From the human T2T-CHM13v2.0 reference genome, Homo sapiens, in NCBI RefSeq assembly GCF_009914755.1, contig NC_060947.1: a stretch of DNA of 64,000 bases; one strand, written 5' to 3'. A model generated the notes under the pieces. The model worked only from the letters and a program-made list of their open reading frames with translations. It ran no database searches and had not been told where the DNA came from. Below, piece by piece: positions 34,546 to 55,430 of this stretch. Positions within the stretch are counted from its first letter, which is position 1, and every line of letters starts with the position of its first letter. A program made the position numbers and the translations under genes.

Positions 34546-36557
34546 GTAGGTCTAGAATCATGTCATCACTTCTATGGACAGCAATTAGGCTAAAGGAATA
34601 GACAGCCTGTGATTTAAGGGCCTTTAAGGGATATAGAAGGCTCTTGCAACCTTGCATTTTTCCTTACTAATCCTTCTGTTAGTCCTCTTTTGGATTATTC
34701 TTTCTCTTGTCTTTCTGCCCCCTCTAATTTTTACATGCAGGACTTAGGCCCCTAATTGGTAAGTAAAATTAAAAGATTTTGGTTTTAGAGAAAGAGACCG
34801 ACAAAGCAAGTTACTTGTGTTTGACAACAGTCGAGAGTGATTTAGTCAGTTCAAAGCCTGGGAAATAAATAGCATTCTTGTATTTTGATTTTGTAAAGTG
34901 CAAATGGTAGATCTAGGACAGATCGAAGTGATCCAAATTATCTGTTGCTTCAGTTGTGTTCTGTCCTTTTCCAGGGGTGCTTTGTTGACATAAAAATTAC
35001 CACTGCTCTGGGGTAAAATTATTTAGGTCTTTAATAATAGCATTTTTATGTGAACATTGGGACTTTAAGTCTTTTTCACACCTTATGTTAGGCATTTGAA
35101 GCTTTGGCTTGACTAGTCCAACCTCACAGGAACTCAAATTGCAGTTCTTTTACAATAATCTCCAGTGAATTTAACCAAAGGTTAATCTGCAGACCTCTCC
35201 AGATGTAGCAATTTGATCCAACCTCTTGAACACTGAAACGGGGAAAAAATATGAAGTTGAATTACGTGTGTTTCTCTGGTGGCCACTTGGGGTCACTGCT
35301 AGTAAGCAGAATGGCACAATTCATACTTCATAATATCTCTCAAAGAAATGATGTCTTAATGAATTAATTAGATGGTATATTTTAACATATGTAGCTTTTT
35401 AGTTAGTATAGAAGGGAAATACCAGTTGATGGACCAACTTTTCAACAGAAGTCTTATCAACGGTTTTTTAAATGAAAAATAAATGGGCATAAATGGACCA
35501 TCTTCTTGGAGTGAGCTTTAGGATTCTTATATGTGAGTTTTATTATATCTTAAGGATAAATCGTTCTCTCTGACCAAGTTATGAAACTACATTAAAATTG
35601 AGTTACAAAATAGTTTTATTGCATATTTTATTTTACATATCAAGTAATAATTGTGACTACTATATATACTTTGTTTTACTACTGAAAGTACTCTGTATGA
35701 TGAATTTAGAACACTGGTTCCCAAATTCGAATGCTGGGCTAGGACATAGTTCTTACCAATATTGAATGAAATAAAACAATAAAGAGGTTGTAATGAGTTT
35801 TTAAAATAATATTAAATTGATTCAATTTAAAAGAGTACTCTTAATGCTGACTGTGTTTTCTTTATACTTTCTGAGGTGTTAAAATATGTTTTCTTTTTAT
35901 GAAGTGATTATTTTGATGATGGTAGGGTAGTTTCATTGTTTGCTTGTTTGCTTTCATGTCCATATGTGGAAAAATAAAAATTGTCAAATCATTATCTGTC
36001 ACTCATGTTGTTTTGAAGTGTTGTCTGTTGAATACCCAGATTTGGAAACTACTGTTTTAGGAGCAGGTTTCAGCTTTAGAGCCATCTAGTAAGATTCGTG
36101 TGGTATCTATAAGGAGATTTTAGCCTTCATCTTGTGTGTAGCCCCTGAGGTAGGAAGAGAACAGTGGGAACACAATAACTTTTAGATACACATTAATTTT
36201 ACAAATCACAACTTATTCATTGTTTGCTGTGTTTTGCTTATGGTTTTACATTTCAAGTGGAAGGTTTTCAAAACTGTTTTATGTTTTTCAAAAACTAATT
36301 TCTTCCTCCCATGCCTGACTTCTCTGAGATGTTCAGTGTTACTGAAGAGCAAAGAGTTCAGAAAACTTCTGGTGGTAAAATGATTGAATAAGTCTGTGTA
36401 AGATCCGTTTGATGAATCTAAACTTGGGAGCCTTACTTGGCAGAGTGAATCTCTAAATAAAATAAAAATTCTCTTTGTGTGGGTTCCCTGTTGATGATGG
36501 CTATGCTTTTTTTCTTTCTTTTTCCGGAAAGCAGACCTGATGTCTTTTCTGTCACAG

Positions 36558-36660
36558 ATCTGATAGAGACAGTTAATGAAGTTTCCAAGCTGAGCATTTC
36601 ACATGAAATTGTAGTAAACCAAGATTTCTATGTGGAAGAGACCATTTTGCCTCCAAACAG
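36558..36660 (+). CDS. TCP11X1: TCP11X coding exon 2 (DLIETVNEVSKLS...ILPPN)
   Basis: cacag|AT ... CAG|gtacag; keeps the frame; TCP11-like ETVNEVSKLS. Confidence 0.88.
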
Positions 36661-36865
36661 GTACAGATTATTCAGTTTTTTTCCATTTTACTCTTCGGGG
36701 CATAGGTACATAGCACAAATGACTTTTGGTCAGACTTGAAGCATCTTATTAATAAATTTAATGGTTGAGTGTGTCTTATATAGTACCGACAAATTAGTGT
36801 AAGTATTACTTTAAAAGTGTCAAAGCAGCAAATTATATTTAAACAGGTAATAAACCAATGCAGTT

Positions 36866-37379
<514 letters not shown>

Positions 37380-38329
37380 ATTGTCAAAATGTTCATTTCA
37401 GGATCTTAGTTAATAATGAAACGTAGAGTGATTTTCAGATCTTTTCAGACAGACTTGGAAGAGGTAACTCCTAGCCGTTCAACTTTTAATTATCTGCAGA
37501 TTAAACAGGCAGAGATGAGCAGATTTTCTAATAGTGGTTTTGTTCACTCTTCAGGAGTAGGAAATTTCAGGGGACACTTCTGCTTCATAATCAGTGTAAT
37601 AAAGATTCTGTGAATCAAGATTAGAACCCCATCGATAAATAGTGTGCTTCTACAATTAGGCTTTATATTGGTTTCTCTTAATTATATTGATATAACAATA
37701 TATGATTAAGAATCATCCAGCATTTATGGATTGAATGCTTCTAGTGTTTATTAAGAGTTAAATGGGTTGATTTCTTTGTCAGAATCTATATTTTACGGTA
37801 TTTCTAATTTCCCACCTTAAATGCTTCTGTTATTTTGCCACTTTTGGGATTCTGTTACGTAAAGCCCCTTGCTTTGTCAGTGGTTCTCTTGATCTTCATA
37901 CTTCTTAGATTTTCCTTTGTCTGTTGCCAAGGATGGGTTACCTGAAGGAAGTTTTTACCAAAACACAGGTCTCGTAGCATCTCCCTCATTGCCTTTATAG
38001 TCCCTGCGGCCCGAGTTAGATTTGTTTTTCTCCTGGTAGGGGTGCAGAAAAAAGTGAAGCTAAGAGAATGAAGGTCTGTTAAAGTGGCTAGGGATCTCAG
38101 GGGGTGGATAGATGAAGCAGGAGGAATAATATTATTTAGGGCTTGGATTTCACTGTGTTTTTTAAATTAACAGGCTTTTTCAAATGTAGTAATACAAAAT
38201 GTATACTGGATAAGAGGTTGAAATAGAGTTTGGGGTTATCCATTATCTACAGATAATTGACAGTTTTCCCTTTGGACTTATAAAATTATACTAAGCACAG
38301 TTATCGGTTTTTAGGGGAAATCTCATAAT

Positions 38330-39070
38330 AAGACATTTATTCAACAAACATTTATTGAGTACTTATTAGGTGGAAGGCAGAATGTTGAAAGCTGAAGACA
38401 TATAGTTGAGTGAGTCACTGTCTTTGCCATCAAAAAGCTTCTGTAGGGAAGATAGTCAAATAGCTACTGTGCAGAGTGATAAGTTATCTCATATCTAGTG
38501 TGTGGAGTTCTATGCAGTGCTCAGCTACCTGGGGAAGGTCAGCGAAGACTTTCCTAATAAGGTAACACTTGAATTGAGTCTTTTCAGGTGGTTTAGGGGA
38601 GAAGGGACTCTCCTGGAAGAGGAAATGTCATTTCAGAGCCATAGAGGGATGGAAGACAATTATATATTAATTATAAGTGGACTGTGATTGTTAGAGCACA
38701 GGATGTAGGAGGAGAAAGAAGGTTAAGGTAGGAGAAGTGGCAGAATAGGATCGTGAAGGGACTTAAAGGCCACGTACACTGCTAGAGATAGGTAGCGTCT
38801 GAAGAACTTTAAATGAGTATACTATTATGATCAGATTTGTATCTTAGAAAACTCATTGATTTTTATCAAAAATATGTACCATTGTTGGGGTAAGGTTTTG
38901 TGGGTGTAAGGTGGCCATTTAATAGACTATAGCAATAGTTCAGGAAAGAGATGACAGTGGGTGGGGGCCGATTCCAGAGATATTTAGGAAGCAAAATCTC
39001 TGGAATTGGGTGACTGAGTGGATAAAGGACATGAGGGGAAAGGAATTAAGAAGGACTACAGTACACACCA
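38330..39070 (-). mobile_element. L2 fragment
   Basis: catttattcaacaaacatttattgagtactta L2 tail; atgatcagatttgtatcttagaaa motif. Confidence 0.65.
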
Positions 39071-39082
39071 GATAGATAATAG

Positions 39083-39580
<498 letters not shown>

Positions 39581-40126
39581 TACTATTATATTTTTTTAAA
39601 GAGAAAAAGTCTCAGATTTCTGGTTACAGAACTAAGTATACATGAGGAACAAATTTAAAGAAGGAAGATAAGGAGTTCAGTTTTGGGCTTGCTGAATTTA
39701 AAGTGTCTCAGAAGACCTTCAGGTATTATCAAGAGGTAAAATCCTTTCCTAGATTTCAGGCCTGAAGGAAAAATAGCATCTGGTTCAAAGTTTTAAGTCT
39801 ATGGCAGTGGAAACTAAGTCACACATCCAGGCTAGGTGCAGAACTAGGGTTAGAAGTCAGAGTCTCAACTCCTAGTTTATGGTTCTTCCTGCTGCAGGAA
39901 GAGAGTGTCTCTGGAACCTTGAGGTACCCTTCTGAGAGAATTTAGCCAATGCTTTTCCATCTGAGACTACCTTCAGTTTATTCAGCCCTTCTCAAGTCTA
40001 AACATAGGTCCTCCTAGCCTGTCAAGTTAATGGTCTTTCATAATTTTAAATGCTGTTTGGGAAATTATGATCCTGTATCAATTTTCTAGGTAAAAGAGCA
40101 ATCTGCTCATTTAACCCTTCTTATAG

Positions 40127-40247
40127 TGTAGAAGGCAGGTTTGCGGAGGCAATGTACAATGCTTTTTGGAACCATCTGAAAGAACAGCTATTGAGTACTC
40201 CTCCTGACTTCACTTGTGCCCTTGAACTTCTAAAAGATGTTAAGGAG
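40127..40247 (+). CDS. TCP11X1: TCP11X coding exon 3 (SVEGRFAEAMYNAFWNHLKEQL...DVKE)
   Basis: ttatag|T ... GAG|gtgagt; TCP11-domain AFW motif. Not captured in the ORF track. Confidence 0.92.
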
Positions 40248-40980
40248 GTGAGTAACCAACTCCCATTCGTGGATGGGAAGTTCCTGGGCATCTCAGAACC
40301 TTGGATCGTCAATGGCTGTTAATATATCAAGTAGCATACTTTTTTTAACGTGACCTACTACTTAAATAGATAGGATGGGGCAGCTTCCATTTTATTTGTA
40401 TAAGATGAAACTTGACCATTGGGCGATGACTATAACAATATATAACTCAATTAAACAAATTCTTACTGAAACCCCACTATGGTCTATGTGTTTCAGAATC
40501 CCGGAGATGAATAGGCGAGCCCTTGCCCACAAGGAACTTGCATGCTTGAGTCAAAAGGCTATTTCAAGGGAACCTTAAAGATTCCAGATTTGCTATTTTA
40601 TCCTCACACTTTGGAGTAAAACAATCTAAAAATATCCTTATCCTTTATTAAGAATGCCTCATCTCCTTGTGGTGGTGTGTATTTCATATTTCTTATATCC
40701 CACACATTTAAAACCACATTCTTATTTTTATTCATATTTTTACCTCATTCTACCTAAAAAATAGTAATGACTACTACTATAACTGATCCCAGTGAAGCCT
40801 TGAATGGTAATTGTCCTCTAGACAGAAAGAAATAATACTCTCTAAGAAATGTAGAGACTCAGTTCTCTGCCCCCCCAGAAGACATAATCTGGGATGCCTT
40901 TGGCCTAAGAGCATAGTTCATTGGAGAAAGTTTGAGGTTCTGAACAGAACTTGGCTCCTTTGATTTCCTTTGTTGGGCAG

Positions 40981-41201
40981 ACCTTGCTATCACTGCTATT
41001 ACCATGGCAGAACCGCCTAAGAAATGAGATAGAAGAAGCTCTGGACACAGATCTCCTCAAGCAGGAAGCAGAACATGGGGCCCTGGATGTCCCTCATCTT
41101 TCTAACTACATTCTCAATTTGATGGCTCTGCTATGTGCACCGGTTCGAGATGAAGCGATACAGAAACTAGAGACCATAAGAGATCCAGTGCAGTTACTGA
41201 G
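40981..41201 (+). CDS. TCP11X1: TCP11X coding exon 4 (TLLSLLLPW...LCAPVRDE...QLLR)
   Basis: ggcag|ACC ... GAG|gtgaga; conserved CAPxRDE motif of the TCP11/SOK1 family. Confidence 0.95.
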
Positions 41202-41967
41202 GTGAGAGTCTAGATGTGCTGTCCCCCAAATCTGCCTTAGACACTGTGCCGGAGAACTCTGAGCCAGCCACTGTGGATATAGCCCCTGTCTTATCTAACT
41301 CTTGTGTACTGATGACCTGACTAACACACCTTTTCTCCTTTCTGGATTATTGGCTTTTATTTTCCAAGGACAGTCTCTCGGGGTTCCTTTTGATGATCTT
41401 TAGATCAGTTGGGTCTCCTTTATGTCATGATACTGTTAAGACATTAAGGTACAGTAATTCTTTCTCCTATAGATTGCAAATTGCCTTTTCCCAGATGTTG
41501 TCCTGTTTGTCCCAACTCAGACCTTGTGAGGGGACAGGAAAGAGGATTATCCGTGTTTCACAGCTAGAAGAACCAGGACCCGGAAAAGTAAAATGATCTG
41601 CTCAATGAGTTAGAAATTCAGTCACCCACATCCCAGCTACCCACATATAATTGTTAACACCTTGGTGATTTTCCTTTCACTGACTACCCTTTTTTCAAGG
41701 TGACAGACTGACTACAGGCAAAAGAGCTCTCATCTGGTTGTTAAAGTGTCAGGAGGTATAACTGTCCTTAGTTTTGCCATCAACTCACTCTATGGCCTTG
41801 GGTCACTGGCCACAGTACCATTATTCATAAGTTGAAATAGGACTGTTTGTTTTTAAGGCTTCTTCTGACTCTCAAATACTCTGCTTTTATGGCTCCTTGC
41901 TTGGATTCCACCCTTCCAGACTAGATTTCCTTTAATAGTGTAAATGTTCTGTTTCTCCCTACGGCAG

Positions 41968-42104
41968 GGGCATCCTCCGTGTTCTGGGCCTAATGAAAAT
42001 GGACATGGTGAACTATACCATCCAGAGCTTTCGACCCTACCTGCAGGAACATTCCATCCAGTATGAACAAGCTAAATTCCAGGAACTCCTTGATAAACAG
42101 CCCA
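41968..42104 (+). CDS. TCP11X1: TCP11X coding exon 5 (GILRVLGLMKMDMVNY...DKQP)
   Basis: ggcag|G ... CCA|gtatgt; MKxDMxNY motif. Confidence 0.95.
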
Positions 42105-42350
42105 GTATGTTTAAAATTCAAGGGCAGGAGAGGGGAGATTTGACCTCAGGTCTGCCTTCTTATAGCAATAGAGGCTATTTTCTATTTTTTGAATAGAAAG
42201 TTTCTTCCTTGGGCAAGGGGTAGGGAGAAGGAATGTTTCTCTAAGATAGAAAGATCTACAAAATCACTTCTTTATAGACCAAGAGTATGTCTCAGAGCCA
42301 TCATCTTTAAGCCTTGGAATTTTAAGATGCATATTCCCTTCTCGTCGTAG

Positions 42351-42571
42351 GTCTCCTCGATTATACCACAAAATGGCTAACCAAAGCAGCCACAGACATC
42401 ACTACACTATGTCCGAGTTCTCCTGACTCACCTAGCTCCTCCTGCAGCATGGCGTGTTCACTTCCAAGCGGGGCAGGTAACAATTCAGAGCCCCCCAGTC
42501 CAACAATGGTGCTATACCAAGGCTACCTGAACCTCCTCCTCTGGGATCTTGAAAACGTAGAATTCCCAGAG
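42351..42571 (+). CDS. TCP11X1: TCP11X coding exon 6 (SLLDYTTKWL...VEFPE)
   Basis: cgtag|GT ... GAG|gtaggg; in frame. Confidence 0.95.
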
Positions 42572-42669
42572 GTAGGGATGTGTGTTTGGGCATTGCCTTG
42601 TTCTATGGTATTCAGTGCCTCCATTCAAACCCTCCTCTTCTGATGGGCTGTCCTTCGCTCCCTCACCAG

Positions 42670-42851
42670 ACTCTGCTGATGGACAGAATCCGGCTCCAGG
42701 AACTGGCATTCCAGTTGCACCAGTTAACTGTCCTGGCCTCAGTCTTGCTAGTGGCCAGAAGCTTCTCTGGTGAAGTTTTATTCAGATCACCTGAATTTGT
42801 GGATAGACTGAAATGCACCACCAAGGCCCTAACTGAGGAATTTATCTCCAG
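42670..42851 (+). CDS. TCP11X1: TCP11X coding exon 7 (TLLMDRIRL...EFISR)
   Basis: accag|ACT ... CAG|gtaaga; the PETLxxD motif spans the junction. Confidence 0.95.
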
Positions 42852-43612
42852 GTAAGATTCATAGATCTCTGTTAGAGAGGGAAATGTGTGGTATTTGGGA
42901 CATAGGTAATATCAATACTATTATTGCTTATTCTTCATCACAAACCACACAAAGGCCCTTGGAAATGATCTTCAAAGATTTTGGTATCTTTGATAATTTG
43001 TATTGAGGTTTGGGATACAGAAAATAAAACTTATTTTCCAAAGAGGAGAGTGTGGAAGCCAGTTTGCTACAAATATTCCTTATGTGTTTGCTAAAAATGA
43101 GTCATTATATACGTGATTGAATGACAGTGGATTTGTGCTATGTATATCTAGAAGTTGATCGGTTGGTCAGTGATATTGACCATTCACTGCATGTGGGGGC
43201 AGGGATATTATACCAAAGTACAAGGAGGAGTAGGAAGTCCAAGCCTCTTAATATATTAGCAATTTAATTGGTGGGGTAGGAGAAAAACCATGAAAAATAT
43301 CCAATAGAGTCTTAAAACAACATTTAAATACAGTTGATGGGACTGGAGAATGCCGAGTAGATCCAAGGATGGAACTGAACCCTTGCCCAATTTACTTTGT
43401 TTTCATCGAAGTGGCATATGGTGCTGTGTGTTTGGATCAGGTGGTACCTTGCGGGTAACAATGAGTGTATTTCATCTGCCCAGTGGCTAATGCTGTCTTC
43501 TGGTGGCAGAGAGCCAGAATTCTTCCTGGAATAGGCCTGGCTTGTGGTATGAGGCTCTCTGGGCTTTGCCCCTCTGCCAGGCCCACTCTGCATTCTATCC
43601 CTTATTATCTAG

Positions 43613-43776
43613 GCCTGAAGAGACTATGCTGAGTGTGAGTGAACAGGTGTCTCAGGAAGTCCATCAAGGCCTTAAGGACATGGGCCTCACTACTCTGAGC
43701 AGTGAAAACACAGCATCTCTTCTAGGCCAACTCCAGAACATCACCAAGAAAGAGAACTGCATTCGTAGCATTGTTG
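43613..43776 (+). CDS. TCP11X1: TCP11X coding exon 8 (PEETMLSV...IRSIV)
   Basis: tctag|G ... TTG|gtaaga; in frame. Confidence 0.93.
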
Positions 43777-44060
43777 GTAAGAATCTCCATGGTCGTCGTG
43801 CAGAAAAGTGGCAAGAATGTGGGGCATGGGTGGGTAGACCTTACCCTGAATGTGAGTTACCTAAGCATTTAAAAATGAAAAGGCATGATCATTTGGGAAG
43901 TTTTTTAGCTTTAGTTTCCTCGTCTATAATGTGCACTGTTCAAATAGATCTTTCTCAATTTGGAGAATGCATGTATGGTTTGAAGACAGCTCTGTACCCA
44001 AGATATGTCATTCACAGGTGTTGGATATTATCACGCTAACCCTATGAAGTCATTCCTGGT

Positions 44061-44374
<314 letters not shown>

Positions 44375-44950
44375 CATTCCTGGTCATATTCTAAATGTCG
44401 GCCAAGATATATGGAGGAACCCTTTCTCTATCCTATGCTTTAAGCTACCATTTGGGCCCCTACGCCTCTCCATGGAAGTGATGCTGAGTTGGGCTGTAGG
44501 ACATGTTCCATGCTGGAATGGAAGCAGTGAACTTGGCCAGCTTGCTTTGAACTTTACCATCTGATCATAGCCTGGATTGGGTGTATGGGCCTGAACTTGG
44601 TGCACTGGCTGCAACATGTGTTGTTACTTTCAGGTACCGGGTCTACGGTCCTCTTGTTAAGTTAAACGTGCCCTAGGATCTCACATACAGCTACATAAAG
44701 TAATCTTATGAACCCCCAGAAATTTACTACCTCAGCATCTTTTGATCATGCATTGTCCTTTGGGAGATTGATGGCATTCCATTCCCCCAAACAAACAAAA
44801 ATCTCATGTATACGGTTTACCCAAATGAGCAGAGAGGTCAGTGAATAACTCGGTTAATGCAAAACTTTGGTGAGCAGATAGAGCAAAGGCATTGTGAATT
44901 TCTTCTGTACCGTCTTCGTTCCTCTTGTCATTGTTTTTCCCTGCTCACAG

Positions 44951-45183
44951 ATCAGTGGATCCGTTTTTTTCTCAAATGCTGTTTGCTTCATGGCATGCAG
45001 GAGTCTCTGCTACACTTTCCTGGAGGCCTCATTCTCATTGAAAAGGAGTTGGCAGAACTGGGCTGGAAGTTTCTCAATCTGATGCATCATAATCAGCAGG
45101 TATTTGGCCCATACTATGCTGAGATCCTAAAACACATCATCCATCCAGCTCAAGCACAAGAAACAGATGTGGAGCCTAACTGA
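44951..45183 (+). CDS. TCP11X1: TCP11X final coding exon (DQWIRFFL...HNQQVFGPYYAEIL...DVEPN*)
   Basis: cacag|AT; C-terminal HNxxVFGPYY motif. The summed CDS is 1509 nt, or 502 aa plus stop. Confidence 0.95.
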
Positions 45184-45356
45184 TAGTGCTGGACCCCAGC
45201 TATGGCAACAGGGACTCAGGAGAGAGAGGTCAGCATGTTTCTGGGAGGACATCACCTGTGGTTAGTCGAACAGTCAGCCCTCTTCCTCGCTATAGCCAGG
45301 ACACAGGGATGCAGGGGTCAAGCATGTAAGCACCAACTGGCCCAATCCCCTTCACT

Positions 45357-45362
45357 AATAAA
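45357..45362 (+). terminator. Polyadenylation signal AATAAA of the TCP11X gene
   Basis: About 175 nt after the stop codon; conserved in the paralog at 3739-3744. Confidence 0.8.
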
Positions 45363-45532
45363 CCTCTGAGCTGCAAGAAAATTTCAGTTCCTCCTGTGTT
45401 CTAGCTGAAGTCAGGTTCTGCAGCCTCATCCCCTAACTAGCTGAGTGAGAATCCAGTGGGCCCTCTGTTTTCCCTTCATTGGCTGATCATTCTTCAGTAT
45501 GCTTGCCTGAGCCGAATCTGGGCATCAGGTAC

Positions 45533-45949
45533 TGATAAGGGAAAATCCTGGGACTGTATAGAATAATGCCCCCTGAAAACTGGGAAGGAGCTAAGAGACC
45601 AAAGAATGACCCGGACAAGTCCGGCTTGATAAGCAGATGAATTTCTTGGGACTTACGTATAGGGCATTCCTGGGTGGCAGCAGGACAGCTCTGGGGATCT
45701 GCCCTGACACTCCTCTGCAAGCTGCTTTTAAGCTAATTTTCTGGCTCTTTGCCTTCTGTATGCAATGAGACTCTTTCTCTTGGTATGTTTCCCAGTACAC
45801 TCTGGGATGTTTTGGTTCTCACAGACACCTCGGCTCCTAAGCTGGGCACCATGCATGGCCTTAGACCACCACCTGGCCTTCAGGGTTCAGGCAGCAGACA
45901 TACAGCCTTAAGTAATCTGGTGGGGGAGGGGGGAACTCATTAACCTACA
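45533..45949 (-). mobile_element. ERVL-class solo LTR (LTR32-like), paralog of 3916-4339
   Basis: Same sequence and position relative to the gene in both duplicates, so it predates the duplication. Confidence 0.6.
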
Positions 45950-48029
45950 GTCACTAGCATTATTTTCTCCATTGAAAAATCATTTCCTTGAGGGCTTTGA
46001 AAACTCTTTGTGAGATTATCCAGAGAATGACTATAAGGGCTTCTGGAAGTCAGAAATTCACTGAATTGCAGATGAAGAGAAGACATAGAACTCCATTTCT
46101 AGCACCACATTTCCCTGTAGTTTTCAAGGATACAGCAATAGCAAGAGTTGCGAACTCCCGTTCTAGTGTCTGGTTTGAAGCAGTATGAAAACTGGGGATT
46201 GGTTGAAAGTTGATATGGTGAATATCAACTTTGTGCCAACAGGCATTCAGCTAAGGACAGGTCTCAGCTTCCAAGGGATTTCTTTCTTTTAAGTGATTCT
46301 AGGGGTCAGGCTTGGAATCTCTGATAATGACAGTAAACCGAAGCAATTAGGTCAGTGAGTATCATATCAAGTTCACCCCGATCCTATTTCTACAGCTGAA
46401 TTAATCTTATCTGGCCACATCTCTAGGCTTAGAACATCTCCTTCTTCTTGACAGAATCGATGTGCGTATTCAAGCGTGGGGCAGCTGCCATGCTTTTTCC
46501 CACTCCTAGTCTGGGACTCCAACTGCCAAGTTATGAATATCAGCTGACTTGGCAACACAAATGATAGATGTTCTTGGTCCACAAGGACTTGGGCTTGTTG
46601 TTAGAGACTGCAGAGGTTCGTCCCATCGTTCCCAGGCCAACTGCAGCAGACAAGCAGCAATCTAGAAAATTAGGAACAAATTTAGGTTTGGATTTGGACT
46701 AGGTTTGGATTCAGAATGGACAGGGGACAATAGAAACTTACTTATGGGATAGACCCAAACTGGTTGAAAAAAATCATGTCCTCATTATTTCGGCGGATGG
46801 AAGGAGCTGAGTACAATTTACTCAGCCCAAGAAAAACAACAGATGAGATTGGAGTTCCATTACTCCCCAGGGAACCACGTGATTGATTTCCCTAGAGGGT
46901 GGATACCAGATGGGTGACATAGCTGGGTAAACAGAGTGCTACTTTTACTTTGGCTGGAGATGAGGCACACAGAAAAGCTGTGGAATGGATCATTCACGTG
47001 TTCTAATCTTGTGACTAGATAGTCTCAGGACAGAGACCATGGCAGATGAATGTTTTATAATTAATAAATAGGCAGTGAGCCTGGCCTAGTTAAATTTTCT
47101 AATGTGATTAGACAATACGAATACAATTTTTTAAAAAAGTATTAATTTTGGGAGCCAGATTATCTTACAGACAAGTGTGTTCTGAAGTGATCCCTGTGAA
47201 GATGACGGAGTAGTTGACGGATACTGACTTTGGGCTGCAATGAAACTTTGCTTTATACTTTATAATTAAAATCTGACTTGTGTTGATTTCTTGGAGATTT
47301 TGAGTTTATTGATTCTCTTGTGCTTCTACGTGGAGGAAATGGGAATCCTGATCCTAAACAAGGAAAGATAGCTCACTCAATTCTGTTCACCATTTAGGGA
47401 TGGATGGATGCACAGTTAGATAGATAGGTGGAACATGCACATGGTTAAAAATGACATGCAGTACAGAGAAAATTCGGTTTTTTCGCCACCCCTGTATCTC
47501 ATTTATCCTACTTAGAGGAAACTATATCCAGGTTTTTGTGCATACTTCTAAAGATATTCTGTGCATATGCAAGTACATATTATAATTATAACAAATATTT
47601 GTGAGTGTGTATGCACCAGGCACTCTTTTAAGCACTCTACATATATTATTTCAATTATTCCTTAACAATTTATCTCCAGTCTACTTTTCCAATTCTAGAA
47701 CAATGTTGTACAGAAAGCTCTAACTGAGGGTAAGAACCGGTGTTTGTTTGTTTGTTTATATATTTATTTATCTGGTCTTCTTTGAGTGAGTAAGGGAAAA
47801 TCATTTCACTTTCTTGGGCTTTGTCTTCATCTATAAAATTCTATACTTGACTAAATTACTGATTTTCTTGTTCAATTTTATAGAGTCATTTTTCACAAAA
47901 CGAAATCTTTCCAGAAGATCACGAATAAGAGAGATCAAAGCTAGGCAGCTTGAGTTGAAGTAGAGCTGGAAGAAGGAGTTTTGAGGACTGTTTCAAAACC
48001 ACTGGACTAGATGATCTCTAAAGGTTCCT

Positions 48030-49055
48030 GTATTATTTTCTTCTTTTCTTATGGCTGTTGTAACAAATTACCCCCTGAACTTTGTGGCTTAAAATAACAT
48101 GCATGTATTCTCTTATCATCCTGATTGTCAGAAGACCAAAATCAGTTTCAGTGGGTGAAAATCAGGGAGTCAGTAGGGCCAGGCTCCCTCTGGAAGCTCT
48201 AAGGGAGAATCCATTGCCTTGCCATTTTTAGCTTCTGAAGCTGTATTCTTTATTCCTTGGCAAGGCAATGGATTCTTCCCTGGAGCTTCCAGAGCTCCCA
48301 TTCCTTTATCATCGAAGCCAGCATCATAGCTTCTTGTGTCAGTCATCACATTGCCTCCTTCTATGTGAAATGTCCCTCTCCTTCCCTCTTAATAAGGAAA
48401 CGCTCTTACATTTAGGGCCAGGCAGGATAATCTCCCCACCTCAAGATCCTTAGTCACATTTGTAAAGTCCCTTTTGCCATATAAGGTGGCAGTCAGGGGT
48501 TCCAGAGACTACAACATGGATATCTTTGGAGGCCATTATTTAGCTTACCACAGCCTACCCTCTAACTCCCCAAAATTCATGTTCATTCTACATGCAAAAT
48601 ATATTTGCCTCACCTCAATATCCCCAAAAGTCTTAACACCAACGCGAGTTGAAAATCTCATCTGTAAATCATCTAAACCAGGTATGAGACAGACTCTGGG
48701 TATGATCCTTCTTGAGGCTAAATTTCTTTTCATCAGTGGCCCTGCGAACTAGAAAATAAAGTTACCTCTTTTTTATTACAGTGGTGACATGGACATAGGA
48801 TAATGGTTATAGACAGTCCCCCTCCCAACGGGAAAAAATGAAAGCAAGCAAAAAGTTACCAGCTCCAAGCCAACTTGAAATCCAATCAGGTAAACTCATT
48901 TAGGTTTCAAGGCCTGGGAATATTCCTCCGTGGCTAGAGGCTCTGCCCTCTATGCCCGAGGCTCCACCCTTTAAGTGAACAGAGCCAGGCTCTGTCCTCA
49001 GAGTTATCTTGTTTTTGTTTTTGTTTTGAAGAGTAATACATGTTTGCAGCAGAAT
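48030..49055 (-). mobile_element. MLT1-type MaLR LTR plus adjacent internal sequence
   Basis: ggctgttgtaacaaattacc...gtggcttaaaataaca; ctccctctggaagctctaagggagaatcc; agtcacatttgtaaagtcccttttgccatataagg. Confidence 0.7.
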
Positions 49056-49059
49056 ACTT

Positions 49060-55210
<6,151 letters not shown>

Positions 55211-55430
55211 AGTTTTTAATATTTAACTTCACCACTGAGTCAGAACTGAAACAGTTGGTACGGAGGCCTGTGTTAGTGAGACTTTGGCTTGCCACAAAAC
55301 CACCCTAATTGAAGAAATGAAAATCTGATGTCCAAGTAAGTAATGAAGCCAATTTGAATAAAGTTATTTATGTGATTGCAAATTTTAAAAAGAACCTACG
55401 AACGAATACTTAAAAAAAAATTTAAGGTAG

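Noticed and set aside
43503-44039. 178-aa ORF as an independent gene
   Set aside because: It is coding exon 8 (43613-43776) plus chance open intron sequence on both sides.
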